A DNA stretch of 64,000 bases. Source: Octopus vulgaris. Taxonomy: Eukaryota. Shown one piece after another: positions 1 to 15,675 of this stretch (position 1 is its first letter; each line of letters opens with the position of its first letter). The stretch is from contig OX597819.1 of the NCBI GenBank assembly GCA_951406725.2, positions 72,726,001-72,790,000 on the forward strand. The letters run 5' to 3'. A model generated the notes under the pieces. The model was not told where the DNA came from and did no database searches. It saw only the letters and a program-made list of their open reading frames with translations. The translations under genes and the position numbers were made by a program.

Positions 1-246
1 TACAGGTACAATCCAGCCAATGGTCTTCCATATAGTTTTTGCTAACAATAGGAGTTAACATGAGGCTATACAAATTAACTTGTGACCAAGATACCAAGCA
101 ATGGATAAATCTCAAACTACACCCCTTGATTACATACAAGGTGTGTTTTATGTAAGTGATTGAATTGGTCTCGCCATACCAATAAAACTTCCTTTACTCT
201 TTTTGAAGAGAGAGTTTTCAATCTCCTTGTCTTCATTACTCTATTT

Positions 247-625
247 CAGTGTTTCTCAACCGGGGTTCCCAGAACCCTAGAATTCCACAAAAGGTTCTTA
301 AGGGTTCTGTGAGAAAGAGTGAGATAAGCTAATGCTAATTTCATGATCGTAATATTACTATAGATGCACAACATGTAACTGGTTATTGTAATATAGTCAT
401 CATCCTATCTAACCTATTATGTTATCAAAACAATATAACAACCATTGGGGATATATTTAGGGATATCTGTAATTTATGGACACTATATCTTTATATATAT
501 ATATGATATTTACAACATGAACTACAATGAGAAAAATACGAGAAAGATATGGTGCATAATTTTTTGTGCAGGGGTTCCTTGAGACATGTAATTTATTTTA
601 AGGGTAAAAAGGTTGAGAAACACTG
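247..625. mobile_element. hAT-type MITE
   Basis: Perfect 15-bp TIRs (CAGTGTTTCTCAACC at 247, GGTTGAGAAACACTG ending 625). 8-bp TSD CTCTATTT/CTCTATAT (7/8 match). No coding capacity. Confidence 0.85.
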
Positions 626-654
626 CTCTATATTGTTTGTTCAAGTGTTTGTAG

Positions 655-857
655 AGTCTGTGCCACATAAGGAGCACTGGTGAAGGTGCTATGTAAAAAG
701 TAAACTCTGTAAAGTGATTGGTGTTAGGAAGGGCACCCAGCTGTAGAAATCATGCTAAAGCAGACAATGGAACCAGCTGTGGCTCTTGGCCCTGCCAGCT
801 CCTATCAAACCATCCAATTTATACCAGCATGGAAAACAGACACTAAATGATGATGAT
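655..857 (+). mobile_element. Short copy of the RTE LINE 3' end (RTE-tailed element)
   Basis: TTAGGAAGGGCACCCAGCTGTAGAA...CAGCATGGAAAACAGACACTAAATGATGATGAT matches the 3' end of the LINE at about 19540-19705. Confidence 0.7.
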
Positions 858-1259
858 AGGACACCTGGCAAGGTGTTTAACCCCTTCGTTACTGTATCTA
901 TATGTCAAGACAAGGGAATACACACACACACACTGTAATACATGCCAATGCTTCTTTCAGTTTCTACCTACCAAATCCACTTACATGGTTTTGTTGGGCC
1001 TGGGACTATAGTAGAAGACAGTTGTCAAAAGTGCTGCACAGTAGGAACTGTCCTTATGTGTTTGTAGGTCTTTACACCCACCCCTCCTATTGGCAATCAC
1101 AATCATGTACAACCCTAAATTTGTAAGGTAGGTGTATAGTTGATTGAATTGTTCCTCGTGTATTACTGGTATCTATTTCATTGACCCACCCCACTCACTA
1201 CAAAGCTATAATACCAAATATTGCAAAGTATTTAGTGCATGAATCTGTGATTTTTAATA

Positions 1260-1695
1260 ATAATAATTCTTTCTGCACAAGGAGCTAGTCGTTTACATGA
1301 AACCCAGTACTTGACTGGTACTTATTTTATCGACCTCGTAAGGATAAAAGGCAAAGTTGACCTCAGCGGAATTTGAACTCAGAACGTAAAGACAGATGAA
1401 ATGCCATTTAGCATTTTGCCTGACATGCTAACAACTCTGCTAGCTCACTGCTCTAATAATAATAACAATAATAATCATCCTTTCTGCTATAAGCACAAGG
1501 CCTGAAATTTTGGGGGCGGGGACTAGTCAATTACACTGACCCCAGTGTTTCACTGGTACTTAATTTATTGACCTCGAAAGGATGAAAAGCAAAGTTGACC
1601 TGCGTGGAATTTGAACACAGAACATAGCGATGGATGAAATGCCACTTAGCATTTTGCCCGCCATGCTAACAACTCTGCCAGCTCATTACCTTATT
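1260..1695 (-). mobile_element. Two head-to-tail tRNA-derived SINEs (family A, Meta-type core, (ATT)n tail)
   Basis: Each copy is the reverse complement of GAGCTGGCAGA..GTTAGCA..TTCTGAGTTCAAATTCC..GTCAACTTTGCCTTTCATCC..GTCGATAA..AAGTACCAG. The copies are separated by (TAA)n. Confidence 0.8.
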
Positions 1696-2053
1696 TAATA
1701 ATAATGATAATAATTGTTTGTAAGATGGTAGAGAGCCATCAATTAGGGGTGAGAAGAAAAAAGTTGATTACATTGACTTCAGTAGTTGGTAGGTACTTTT
1801 ATTATTGGCACCAGAAAAATGAGAAACAAAGAGGACCTTGGAAGAATTTGAACTCAGAATGTAAAGCACCAAAACTAAACCCCATAATGTATTCAGTTTG
1901 GCATTTTAATGATTCTCCTCATCCGCTGCCATAGTGATGATGATGGTGATGGTAATGAGAGTGAAAGTGGTGAAGATTAGAAATTATTAATATTATCAAC
2001 AGAAAAATAATATAATATACAATTCATTCGGTTTGTTGCACCAAATGAGTCAC

Positions 2054-2103
<50 letters not shown>

Positions 2104-2149
2104 CTTCCCCCCCAAAACATGGTATTTTAGCTTAGAAAGACATTCTAAC

Positions 2150-2707
2150 CTTTACAGGGTAATAATTTTTCTTTTTTCTGCGGTTTTTGACAAACAATTT
2201 TGTTGCAACAGTTCTGATAAGCCATGGCGTTGGGCAGAGGTAATGCTGCTGAGCAATCTCTACTTGTGGTTGTAGTAGAAGAGGCACCAGCCTGAGCAGC
2301 AACAGGAGGAAGAATGGGCACAGCATCTTTCAGAGTTCCATTCGTAATGGCGGGTTTCACACTACATTGGTTCGGGGTTGAAGCAACACTGTCGGAACTG
2401 CTCGTGGTGGTGAAGTTAGTATTAGCATTAGTATTAGCACTAACATTACTACTATTGGTGTTATTGTTGACATTATTGGGGGTACTGTTTGAATTGGTGT
2501 TATTAAGAAAATGCTTCTTGACTGGTAGTTTCTCCGGCATTCGTTCCACTTTGACCACTGGCATGGCATGGTTTTTCTCCTTACTGGCGGGGGCATTGAC
2601 TTTGGAATTGTATGGTGGAGACACAGTGCTTAGTAATGACGGTGGTAATTGCTTTATGCTTGCTTTTGAAGGGTGTAACCGCATACAGCGCTTTCCATGC
2701 CGTATTG
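2150..2707 (-). CDS. ATXN7: Internal coding exon (558 nt, phase 1-1), probably the ataxin-7-family linker between the N-terminal zinc finger and the SCA7 domain
   Basis: Acceptor TTTTTTCTTCATATTTTGCAG| and donor AAAG|GTTAG. Length is divisible by 3 and the frame is open: xIRHGK...N/S/T-rich...KKEKLLPCK(D/E). The start resembles the E-R-R-H-G end of the ATXN7 zinc finger. The end resembles the sequence just before the SCA7 domain start (D/E)RE(Y/F)DP as I recall it. The diagnostic domains themselves were not found in the window, so the gene name is tentative. Confidence 0.6.
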
Positions 2708-3174
2708 CTGCAAAATATGAAGAAAAAAACAAGGTATCAGATAAAAATGTAAAACACTGCTAGTTCAAACATGTAAAACATCACAAATATACGATTTTGA
2801 ATTTTTTTTTTTTTTTTTTACAAGCAAATAAAAATATAAATAATTATTGTTGATATCAGCATTACTGTTTCAAACTAAACTGAATACAAATTGATCAATC
2901 CCAGAGTGTACATGTGAAGGTCATGAGCATTGCCCCTTCCCCTAGAAGGGACCATTAGAAATAATGATAACTATAATAATTCTTTTTTACTATAGGCAGA
3001 GGATTTGAAATGTTTGGGGGAAGAACAATTTTATCAGGACACTGCCCTTCTTTCTAATTTTTGGCACAAGGTCTGCAATTTTAAAGGAGGGGATAACCCC
3101 AGAGCTCATTTGATTCTTATTTTATTGGCACTGAAAGGATGCAAGGCAAAGTCAACCTTAGTGGAGTTTGAATT

Positions 3175-3450
3175 GGCTGACTGGTCCCATGTCGGTGGCA
3201 CATAAAAAGCACCATTTGAGCGTGGTCATTGCCAGTGCCACCCGACTGGCCCTTATGTCAGTGGCATGTAGAAAGCACCCACTACACTCTTGGGGTGGTT
3301 GGCATTAGGAAGGGCATCCAGCTGTAGAAACCTCTGCCAGATCAGACTGGAGCCTGGTGCAGCCTTCTGGATTGCCAATCCTCAGTCAAACCATCCAACC
3401 CATACCAGCATGGAAAGCAGATGTTAAACAACGACAATGATGATGATAAT
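3175..3450 (+). mobile_element. RTE LINE 3'-UTR copy with two internal GGTGGCAC-TAAAAAGCACC units
   Basis: Colinear with 19435-19705 and ends in AACGACAATGATGAT. Confidence 0.8.
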
Positions 3451-4480
3451 GAACGTAAAATGTCAAACCAAATGCTGCTAAACAAATTATCTGGCATAGT
3501 AATGATTTTGCGAACTCACCACCTTTTTTTAATGGTTAATAATGCATATATTCCCCCACCAGGATTACTTTTTGCCAGCTGGAACAACATGGAACACAAC
3601 CCATCACCCAGTTCAGGAACTGAAACCACAATCTGGTGATCAGGAGTCCAACACCCTAACCACTCACTAAACCATGCACCTCCACAATAATATTAATAAT
3701 GATAATAATAATTGTTTCTATTTTGGAGGTGGAAAGGGTAAGTTGAATACAGTGACCCCAGTACACAACTGGTATTTATTTCATTGACCATGAAGGGATG
3801 AAAGGCCAAGTTGACCTTGATAGAATGCAAAGAGAGAAGAAATGCTGCTAAGCTTGCTGCCTTCTCAGTAATAATAATAATAAAAGACTAAGTTTCATTT
3901 TGGTTTCATCTGCAATTTATTCCTGGCAACCACCTTCATTAATTATCCCTTAAGCTTCGTTAGACCTTATAATAGATTCTTTTTGTTTTTGTTGTAATAT
4001 GAAGATGCCTCATCCACTTAAAATTTTAAAAAGAAACAGTGACGCCTTTAAAAGGAAATGTTTTAAAAAGACAACATTTACAACTCTGTTAATGGCTACA
4101 ACTAACAAAACAAAAACATTAATATTTCACACAATCCTCCTTGCTTCTTTCCTCTAATCATGTTTTAGGCTGACAACAAACTAATCTGGTTGACCTGATT
4201 TAAAAAACAACAACATATCTTTCCTAAGTTCATAAAATCTCCACCCCCACCAACCTCATCTGTGGCCCTACTACCACCACTACTCAAATGCCATATCCTC
4301 CCTTCCCTCCATTGAATGTATTGTATACCTCCTACCTACTGACAGTTTACAAAATAGACATTATTACAGTCCAACTACCAAATAAACAGAATCAAACAAC
4401 CAGCAGCGTAATGGCTGCTTCATCTGCTGCTCAATAAGGAACTAAATTTCACAAATAAATATGATGATAATATAAAAATA

Positions 4481-4675
4481 ATCCTTTCTACTATAGGTAC
4501 AACGCCTGAAATATGAGATGGAGGGGACTAGCCAATTACATCGACTCCAGTGTTTCATTGGTACTTTATTTATCGACCCTGAAAGGATGACCTTGGCGGA
4601 ATTTGAACTCAGAATGTAGTGGAAGACGAAATATCGCTAAGTATTTGCTAATGATTCTGCCAGCTCACTGTCTTT
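4481..4675 (-). mobile_element. Family A tRNA SINE
   Basis: Same core as the copies at 1260-1695, followed by (TAA)n. Confidence 0.75.
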
Positions 4676-4693
4676 AATAATAATAATAATAAT

Positions 4694-5205
4694 GAGAAGA
4701 GGGTCAAAAGCATGACTCACATTGTTAGTGCTTGTGAAAGACTTACGCAGAAAGAGTACAAGTGCAGATACAAGGTAGCCCAAAACCTTTACTGGCTACT
4801 ATGCCAGAAGTATGGATACAAGGTAACGGGTGCTTGGAACCAACATACATCGGAAAAGGTAATGGATAGAAAGGGGAAAGCAAAAATCCTCTGGGATTTT
4901 GACTTCGAGATAGACAAGGTGTTAGAGCATAGAAGACCAAATATAGCAACCTTTAGGAGGGACAAACAAGAGTGCCTAATAATCAACGTGGTAGTGCCAG
5001 GAGATCAACATATCATGAAAGAAAGAGAAAAGATTGATGAATATGGAGATCTGAGATTGCTAAGATGTGACAGCTACAAGAGTCAAACATAAAGGTTGTC
5101 CCTGTTGACATCAGAGCATTGGGTTCAATTCCACCCAACCTGAAGGAGCATGTGGAAATACCCTACTATCTAGGTGTATTGCAAAACTTGGCATCACTTA
5201 GAACG
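4694..5205 (+). mobile_element. Dong/R4-clade non-LTR retrotransposon 3' fragment (end of CCHC knuckle plus restriction-like endonuclease), degenerate
   Basis: HIVSAC..LTQKEYK.R..KVA...W.LC; KAKILWDF; RRPNI (RPD motif); IINVVVPGD; KEREKIDEYGDL; then KVVPVDIRALGSIP in a shifted frame. It begins directly after (TAA)n at 4676-4693. Confidence 0.85.
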
Positions 5206-5206
5206 A

Positions 5207-7787
<2,581 letters not shown>

Positions 7788-8384
7788 GATAGACACAATA
7801 TCTTCAATCAACAACATCACAATATTGGATACAGTTAAACACCTTAAATAATAATAATTCCTTCTAATATAGGTAGAAGGCTTGAAATTTTGAGGGGAGA
7901 GGGCAAGTTGATTATATCAACCCCAAGGCCACAAGGATCACAACATTTAAGACAATACAAAGACAGAAGGGATTTACATAAACAGTAATGGTTTTAATTT
8001 TTAGCTAGTAACTTTGAGAGGAGTGAGTAAGACAATTACATTGAGATCCCCACCCCTTACCCCCCAGGTACTTTATGTTATTGAGCCCAAAAAGACGAAA
8101 TGCAATGATCACATGAGCAGGATTTAAAGTGTCAGAAGAAATACATAGCATTTTGTTTGGTTGGCTCACAATTCTGCCAACTTACCAACTTAATAATAAT
8201 CCTTTCTATAATAGGCACAAGGCCTGGTACTTATTTCATTGACCCTGAAAAGATGGAAGCCAAAGTTGACTTCGGTGGTATTTGAACTCAGAACGCAAAG
8301 CTGGATGAAGTGCTGCTAAGCATTTTGTCCAATGTGGTAACAATTGTGCGAGTTAACCACCCTAATAAAATAATAAATGAAATC

Positions 8385-8627
8385 AAACATGGAATGAAGC
8401 CCTGTCACCATCTGCTTTTTGTCTTGTGTATGACAACTGCAGCCTTTGAATGTGGAAAAGAACAAAAGCTGCGAATGAGTTCAAAGAAAGGAAAGATAAG
8501 ATCAATCATCCACTTTTTATGAATGACCTGCAGCTTCATGAGAAGGACAAAAACCAGTTGAGTACAAGGATTCATTCAGTGCATTGCTTTAGCACAGACA
8601 TCAGAATGGAATTTGGTCTGGAAAAGG
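8385..8627 (+). mobile_element. Dong/R4-clade reverse transcriptase fragment, degenerate
   Basis: ALSP.LLFVLCM (frameshifted) followed by KDKINHPLFMNDLQL...FSTDIRMEFGLEK, matching the R4/Dong pattern INHLLFMDDLKL...FS.DI.MEFGL.KC. Confidence 0.8.
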
Positions 8628-8924
8628 TTAGCTTTTGCTGTTGTTATTAAAGTTCATCATCATTTTGTTTGCTAAACATGGCCTGAGTTGGATGGGTCAT
8701 CACAGTCCAAATCAATTCCTAATGGGAACTACTACTTTCACAGATTGCTGCTGATAGGCTTTGTTCTGACTTGGTTTCTACAGCTGGATACTCATCCCAC
8801 CCACCCTATCATCAACCACTTTTACAGAGTATCTGTTGTCTGGTCTCTTGATGTTTTGCACACCGAGGGAAGGGAAGAAAATACTACCAGTAATGGGGTT
8901 CATATCTATGGGTCCCATACTTGA

Positions 8925-9440
8925 TTGTGCAGATCAGAAATTTGTGGTCTGCATAGCTAAATGACAAAATGTGGACACACTATTGACCTAATAAAAACTA
9001 TCTCAGGATATTCTACTGGATATTCTACTGTGCTTGCTCAATACCAATACAGTCACATTCAGAACATCCAGTTAGTATCTGTTGGACAGTTGGAAATGTT
9101 TGAGTAGCTTTTCCAGAGTGTTAGTCTCTCTCTTTGTGCATCTAAAAGGAACTTTCACTTGAGGAAATCCAATCATCCTACTTTGGCTGAGGCGGCCAGT
9201 CACTAGTCTGAATGCACTGACTTTACTACCACATATTTACCACCTGGGTTCAAGAAGATGTCATCAAGTTCCAACCCATTTTGCCACCCGATGACTACAT
9301 TTCATAGTCATTAAAAATGTACTTGAGTCTGTGTCTACCAGAAATTATTCTTCCACTGATGGTAACCACATCTATATCTAGTGACCTGAAGTCATTGAGG
9401 AAGTGACTTAACTTCCACACAAACACCAGGCTATATATAT
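8925..9440 (-). mobile_element. Degenerate L1/Tx1-type APE endonuclease fragment
   Basis: Minus-strand pieces WKLSHFLNDFRSLDIDVVTIS, IFLNPGGKYVVV, AFRL, LLKHFQLSNRY and SYADHK follow the motif order of Tx1-like APE domains. Several frameshifts. Confidence 0.55.
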
Positions 9441-10605
9441 AGATACTTCTTCCTAATCTATGCATAGCCATGCCAATTGGACAAAAGGGAAATTGGTGAA
9501 GTCATGAGATCCAGTCCTTTCACTGGTTGCAGAAATGAAAAATCTTGTCTGAGGTACATTTTTTTGTTTCCAGCCCACCTTGTAAAGTTCAATGTCTGAT
9601 AGGTGTTTACAATTTAATATCCTGTATGTGTCTGTCTACATTCCAGTCTATCCAAAGGTGCTTTGGGTTGGAGTAACTTGATACCAGTGTATTTTGATCA
9701 GTCCTCCACTACCATCGTTGTCGTCATCCCCAATACATTGGCAATGATACTCTATTAAACAACGAATTGCATGAGTAGATAGTGTGGATACATACATACA
9801 TACATGTACATACACAAATATAAACATACATAGACACACATATATACATGTATTTATACACATACATGTATATATATTATACATACGTTTACATCATGTA
9901 TACATACACTCACAAATGATAAACCTACTAAACACGAAGTATAGATTGAAGATTCACAATAATGAAAAGTTTCAAAGTTTCTATATAAACACTGATTTGC
10001 AAGAAGAATTAGAAGCTACTCTTCAAATGAAAATTTAAAGACTGCTAAAAAAATTAATAAAAGTATAACGATAAAAAAGACAATAAAAGTATGCGCTATT
10101 TATTTACTACCAGGTGTCTTTTGCTTAATTTAATTTCTTATTTAACTGAAATATTTCTTTGTGTTTGCATTCACTGAAGCAGTTCTCATCAGTAAGCGTA
10201 TTGATTAGATGTTCTGTTTAACAAATGAAGGAATCAACTTGTAGCCTTGAGGCCCTGGAGAAGAATATTTGTTGATCTTTCTTCACTCTGGAAGCATTAA
10301 GATTGTGAACTTGTGTAATGAATGCATCAATGAGGATTTATTCATAACCATTTTGAATAAATTCCTTTATTACAATGGCAATGAAAGTGAGGAATACCTT
10401 GATTTCATGATGCCACTGCTTCCAAATAGCCAAGCATTAAACAAGGGACAGTGGGATTAATTCATACAGAAAGAAGTTATAATGAGGGTTGGGTTTTCAT
10501 TGGTGAGATTTTGGTATTATAATTTTTTTTTTAAAGCATTAAATGCTAAATAATGAGCCAATTGAATTATACACAAACAACATGCATTTTATATAAATTA
10601 TCTTT

Positions 10606-10915
10606 CATCATCATCATTGTTTAACATCTGTTTTCCATTCTGGCATGGGTTGGACGGTTCAACTGACATCTGGAAAGCCAGCGGCTGCATCACACTCCAA
10701 TCTGATCTGGCAATTTTTCTACAGCTGGATGTCTTTCCTAATGCCAACCACTCTGAGACTATAGTGAGTGCATTTTACATGTCAGTCAGGAAGCCCTGGC
10801 ACTGATCACGTTTGGTTAGTGCTTTTTATATGTTACCGGCACAGGAGACAGTCAGGGGGCACTGGCATTGACCATGTTCGGATGGTGCTTTTTACGTGCC
10901 ACCAGCACAGGAGCC
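10606..10915 (-). mobile_element. RTE 3'-UTR copy with multiple internal units
   Basis: CATCATCAT tail at about 10606. The body is the reverse complement of about 19375-19700. Confidence 0.75.
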
Positions 10916-11459
10916 AATATAATAATAATTGCAAATATAAATGTTTGTTGGTTAGTTGAATAATTTTTCTAGTCATGTTTCACATCATTTAGAGAGTGGG
11001 GGATGGGGAGAAAGATACAAACAGTTGATATAAGAGGTGCAGAATGAGGTGGTAGGTAATGAGTAAAGGAATGCTGTGTCTCACACACACACACACAAAG
11101 TCAAAAACAGAGATAGAGATGGATGAAGAGAGTGAGTAAACGATGGAGGATTTCAGACTTTGCAGAGATGGGTTTTTGATGGAGAAAATTGGGATTATGC
11201 TGATTAAACTTAGAAAAATATTAACATATTATTTATTGCAAATATACAAATGAGAAATTGGCTTTATTTAAATCCATTTTAAGGTAATAGATATATTTTC
11301 CTTTCATCATTTTGTATAAACACCAAGAAATTTGAAGACAGTTAAATTGTAATTATTGGATGCGTGTTACATTTCTTGACATTACGCATGGTAGCAAAAA
11401 TATATTTCCAAAATTATCCATCATATGATGGGCAATGTTGTATTAACAACAACAATATC

Positions 11460-11815
11460 AGTTTCAAATTTTGACACAAAGCCAGCAATTTGGAGTGAGT
11501 GAAGTCAGTTGATTACATAAACCCCAGTATGTAACTGGTACTTGTTTTCTTGACTCCGAAAGGATGAGGCAAAGTCAATCTTGGTGAAATTTGAACCCAG
11601 AACATAAAGATGGACGAAATGCTGCTAAGCATTTTGCCCGAGATAAGCCAATTACATTGACCCCAGTGCACATCTGGTACTTATTTTCTTGATCCCCTAA
11701 AGGATGAAAATTAAAACTGACCTCAGTGAAATTTGAACTCAAACTATAAAGACAGATGAAATGCCATTAAACATTTTGCCCGGCATGCTAACGATTCTGT
11801 TAGCTTGCCACCTTA
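11460..11815 (-). mobile_element. Two nested or tandem family A SINEs
   Basis: The family A core occurs twice (GAAAGGATGA..AAAGTCAA..GAAATTTGAAC). Confidence 0.7.
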
Positions 11816-12012
11816 ACAATAAGGAGCAGCAGCAATCAAATTGCACCATTTTAAAAAATTTTATTTATCACTCAATAGTGCTTTTGTCACTACTTCATCA
11901 CTCAGTTATTTTGCTGTTCATATTTAGTTTACTTCCAGTAAGGAAGCTCTCGTTTTCTTTATATGTTCAAGTGTTCTTTTCTTTTAAATTTGATGGTAGA
12001 TGAGACATTTAT

Positions 12013-12580
12013 TTAACCCTGTAGCATTTAAACAGGCTATATCTGCACAAAATATTCTACTTGCTTTAAATTCAAACCAGCCAGATCCAGCCTCTCACAC
12101 CTACCTACAATGTCTTTCTAAAAGATAAACAATCAGAGTACTGAAATCTCAAAGCTAAAAGATAATGCATGATTAATTCAAAACAATGTGAATAAATAAG
12201 CTTTGTATTTGATGGAGAAATTTAAATACCAAAGAGTGAAATCTACAGCAACATTTTTTTATTCTTTGCTTGAAATTTAAATCTTGGGATTCAAGAATCT
12301 AAATCATTATTTGAATGTTTAAGTAAGCCTTAGTAATTAAATGCAGGTAGGACACAATATTAGGTAGACCATTTAATCCTTTGACATTTAAACTGGCCAC
12401 TTCCAGCCAAAATATTTTGTTTTATGTTCAAACCGGACTGATGTGGTTTCTCACAATAACCCCACAATATCATTCTAAAAATTAAGCCACCTCATCAAAA
12501 TCTCAAAGCTATGATTAATTCAAAACAATGTGAATAATTAAGTTTTCCAATTGACAGAATAATGTGAATGCTGAAGAGAT
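12013..12580. mobile_element. Two degenerate TTAA-flanked MITEs (piggyBac-like family 2)
   Basis: Copies at about 12013-12240 and 12373-12580 have termini resembling TTAACCC(T)TTAGCATTTAAA...TTTAAATGCTAAAGGGTTAA. They share internal sequence with 45782-45980. Confidence 0.65.
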
Positions 12581-14169
12581 CTGTTATTTGTCTGTTTTCC
12601 CAGACCTTGCTTCCACAAACTTTCAAGAAAGACTAAGAAGTAAATGTACACTTTAAAAACAGTAAGCCAGTTTCCCTCCCCCCCCTTTTTTTTCTAAGCC
12701 AGTTCCTTAATGTACTATAATGTTATTATAATTAAGAAAATTCTGCAACTGTGCTCAGCACTTTATTTAGAGAGTAATTTTGATGTTTGATATGAAGGAA
12801 ATATCATCCATTCATAATTAGAACTCGTATGTTTTTATATATTCCCATCGGCATAAACAACAAGTAAAATATAGTCTTGTAAAAAACCTCTTGCAGCTAT
12901 ATGATAATAATAATATATTAACTAATGCAACAGCAATGTTAAATCTTCAACAGAAACTGGCAGAAAGAAGAAATGCCCTAAAGCTAACAAAAATCAATAA
13001 TTTGAAAATTTACACGAACAACAGAAATAAGTTTTTATTATCATTATTATTATTTTTTACTGAAATAACAATGCTTAATGATATAATTTTCAGGATTACA
13101 GGTACATCGACATGAAAATTGCAAAAATGATCAATTATCAACAAATGCAAGAAAAGAGAATATTAATATATCTCTCTCTGTAACATTATTTGAAACGTTA
13201 AGGTTCTTATATTCTTTAATGTGGTGCCATAGAGTCAAACTAAAACGGCTGGGCAATTTGAGTCAGCAATCAATCCATCATTCAAACACACTTGATAAAA
13301 GTACAGCAGACAATTTATATTTCTTTCTTTATAAATTCAGAGACTTTTACGAAATAACTATTTTCTAGAAAATAAACCCCTCCCCCTTTTTTTTGTGTGT
13401 GTGTGTGCAAAGACAGAAAGAATTTCCATGTATTTCCAAGAGCTGCTAATTACAAACCAACATTTATCTATTGTTTTATCTTATTAGTTTTCCTAATTTG
13501 ACAAAAACATTTTTCATTAGAATGTTTTATTGCTTTTATTCCAAAATTTCTTCCATATCATAAAAAAAACTGTGAAAGCTTAGTGGTTGGGGGTTTGCCC
13601 TTACAATTAATTACAAGGTTGTAGTTTCAATTCCCTGACTGAGTGATGAGTTGTATTCTTGAGCAAAATACTTCAGCTCACATCACTCCAGACCACTTGT
13701 CTGTAGATGAGCAACCGGGTGATGGACTAGCACCCTGACCAGGAGGAATTCTTAGGTCTCACTCATTTATATGCCATGAAAACCAGGTAACTGATCTTAT
13801 GAGTCCTGGGACTCAAAACAGTACTTATTTTACTTAAAAGAAATTGCTCTTAAACATATCAATACAATGACTTTCTACAACTGAGACCTTTGCTTGTACT
13901 GTATTTTCAAAAGCCCAAAACACACATGAAGATCTGTTCTCATTCCTTTCTTGTCACTCACAATTTTCTCTTCTCCCTCTCATTAGCCATCTTGCATAAT
14001 AAATAGCCTGTGCAATCTATCACCCTGAGAAATGAAACTTTAAACATTCCTACCTATGTTACCTTCTAAAATACCAAACTGTAATAACTTAAAATTAAAC
14101 ATTAACCACACAAGCCTCAATTACTTTTCCTAATTTTCTAGTCTGAAGAACGTCTCTAAAGAGCTTTTA

Positions 14170-14214
<45 letters not shown>

Positions 14215-14218
<4 letters not shown>

Positions 14219-14402
14219 TAATGTCTCGAATTTTCTCTACGTATTAGTTTATCTGAAGAAAGAAAGGTAGTATCTATATATATATATATATATATACATA
14301 TATACATATATATATACATATATATAGATAGATAGATAGAGAGATACTACCTTTCTTTCTTCAGATAAACTAATACGTAGAGAAAATTAGAGACATTAGC
14401 AT
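14215..14402. repeat. Inverted duplication with 61-bp arms and a (TA)/(GATA) spacer
   Basis: 14215-14275 is the reverse complement of 14342-14402 with one mismatch. Confidence 0.95.
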
Positions 14403-14985
14403 GCACGCACACACGCATATATACACAAACACGTTACTCAGAGCCACACCCAACCTTGCTCAAGTTTATTCATTTCTAAAATAAATATAAACCCATTAAT
14501 CAACCATGTTTTAGTTAAATTGCTTTAAAAGATTCTGACAATCATTGGTCGTTTTGAGAATGTTGGTTTACACAAAATTGTTGCATGCAAGCCATCCACA
14601 AGTCATCTGAAATAGAACTAGGCGCAGCCATGGTTGTGTCATTAAGAAGCTCATTTTGCAATTTTGTCGTTTCAGGTTCAGTCTCACTGCATGGCATCTA
14701 TGGCAAAAGCTATGTGCAAACCCAACGTTTGTGTGTGTTTATGTTAGTCCCCACTACACCACTTGACAATCAGTGTTGATTGTTTGGCTAAAAATCCTTT
14801 GAGACGGTGCCCTAGCATGGCCTAAGTCCAATGACTGAAACAAGTAAAAGATAATATTCTAACAGTTGTTGACTGCCATGACACTGCATCTTTTAAGGCC
14901 CTCATGCTTTCCGAAATCCGCCGAAACTTCACCTGATTATATATACACTTTAGATGAGTTGTAGTGCACCTGAGCACTGTACACA

Positions 14986-15016
<31 letters not shown>

Positions 15017-15103
15017 TTATTTGTATGAGATGAGGAGGGGGTGCAGTAACTTAAATATTGCACTAGTTTCTATTTATTGTCCTGTTACCACTAATTATTC
15101 TGT

Positions 15104-15675
15104 CAGTGGTTCCCAATAGGGGTCCAATTAAGATTTTGTTGTGAAAGTTTATCTGCAGTAAATTGCTTATTAAAGCACTCCATTGGTTATGACGACGAGA
15201 GTCCCAGCTGATACAATCAACAGAACAGCTTGCTCATGAAATTAACGTGCAAGTGGCTGAGCACTCCACAGACACGTGTACCATTAATGTAGTTCTCAGG
15301 GAGATTCAGTGTGACACAGAGTGTGACAAGGCTGGCCCTTTGAAATACAGATACTACTCATTTTTGCCAGCTGAGTGGACTGGAGCAATGTGAAATAAAG
15401 TGTCTTGCTCAAGGACACAACGCATTGCCAGGAATTGAACTCATGACTTTACAATCGTGAGCCGAATGTCCCAACCACTAAGCCATGTACCTTCACAAAT
15501 TGCTCATACTTCTACAATAATACAAGGTATTTTAACAGTTCCTAACACTTAATTATAAAAATGTAATAGAGTTTTTTTGGGGTTTTTTTGCAAACAGCAA
15601 AATGGCTATAGGGGTTCAGTAGAATAATATAGGAACTGAAAGGGTCCATAGGCAGAAAATGGTTGAGAATCACTG
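15104..15675. mobile_element. hAT-type MITE interrupted by a minus-strand tRNA SINE (family C, about 15173-15496)
   Basis: Termini are CAGTGGTTCCCAA and TTGAGAATCACTG. The SINE is flanked by an AAATTGCT(T/C)AT duplication and is homologous to 27483-27839. Confidence 0.75.

Noticed and set aside
2314-2763. 149-aa hydrophobic plus-strand ORF resembling a membrane protein
   Set aside because: It is the antisense shadow of the Asn/Thr-rich minus-strand exon, which has the proper splice sites.
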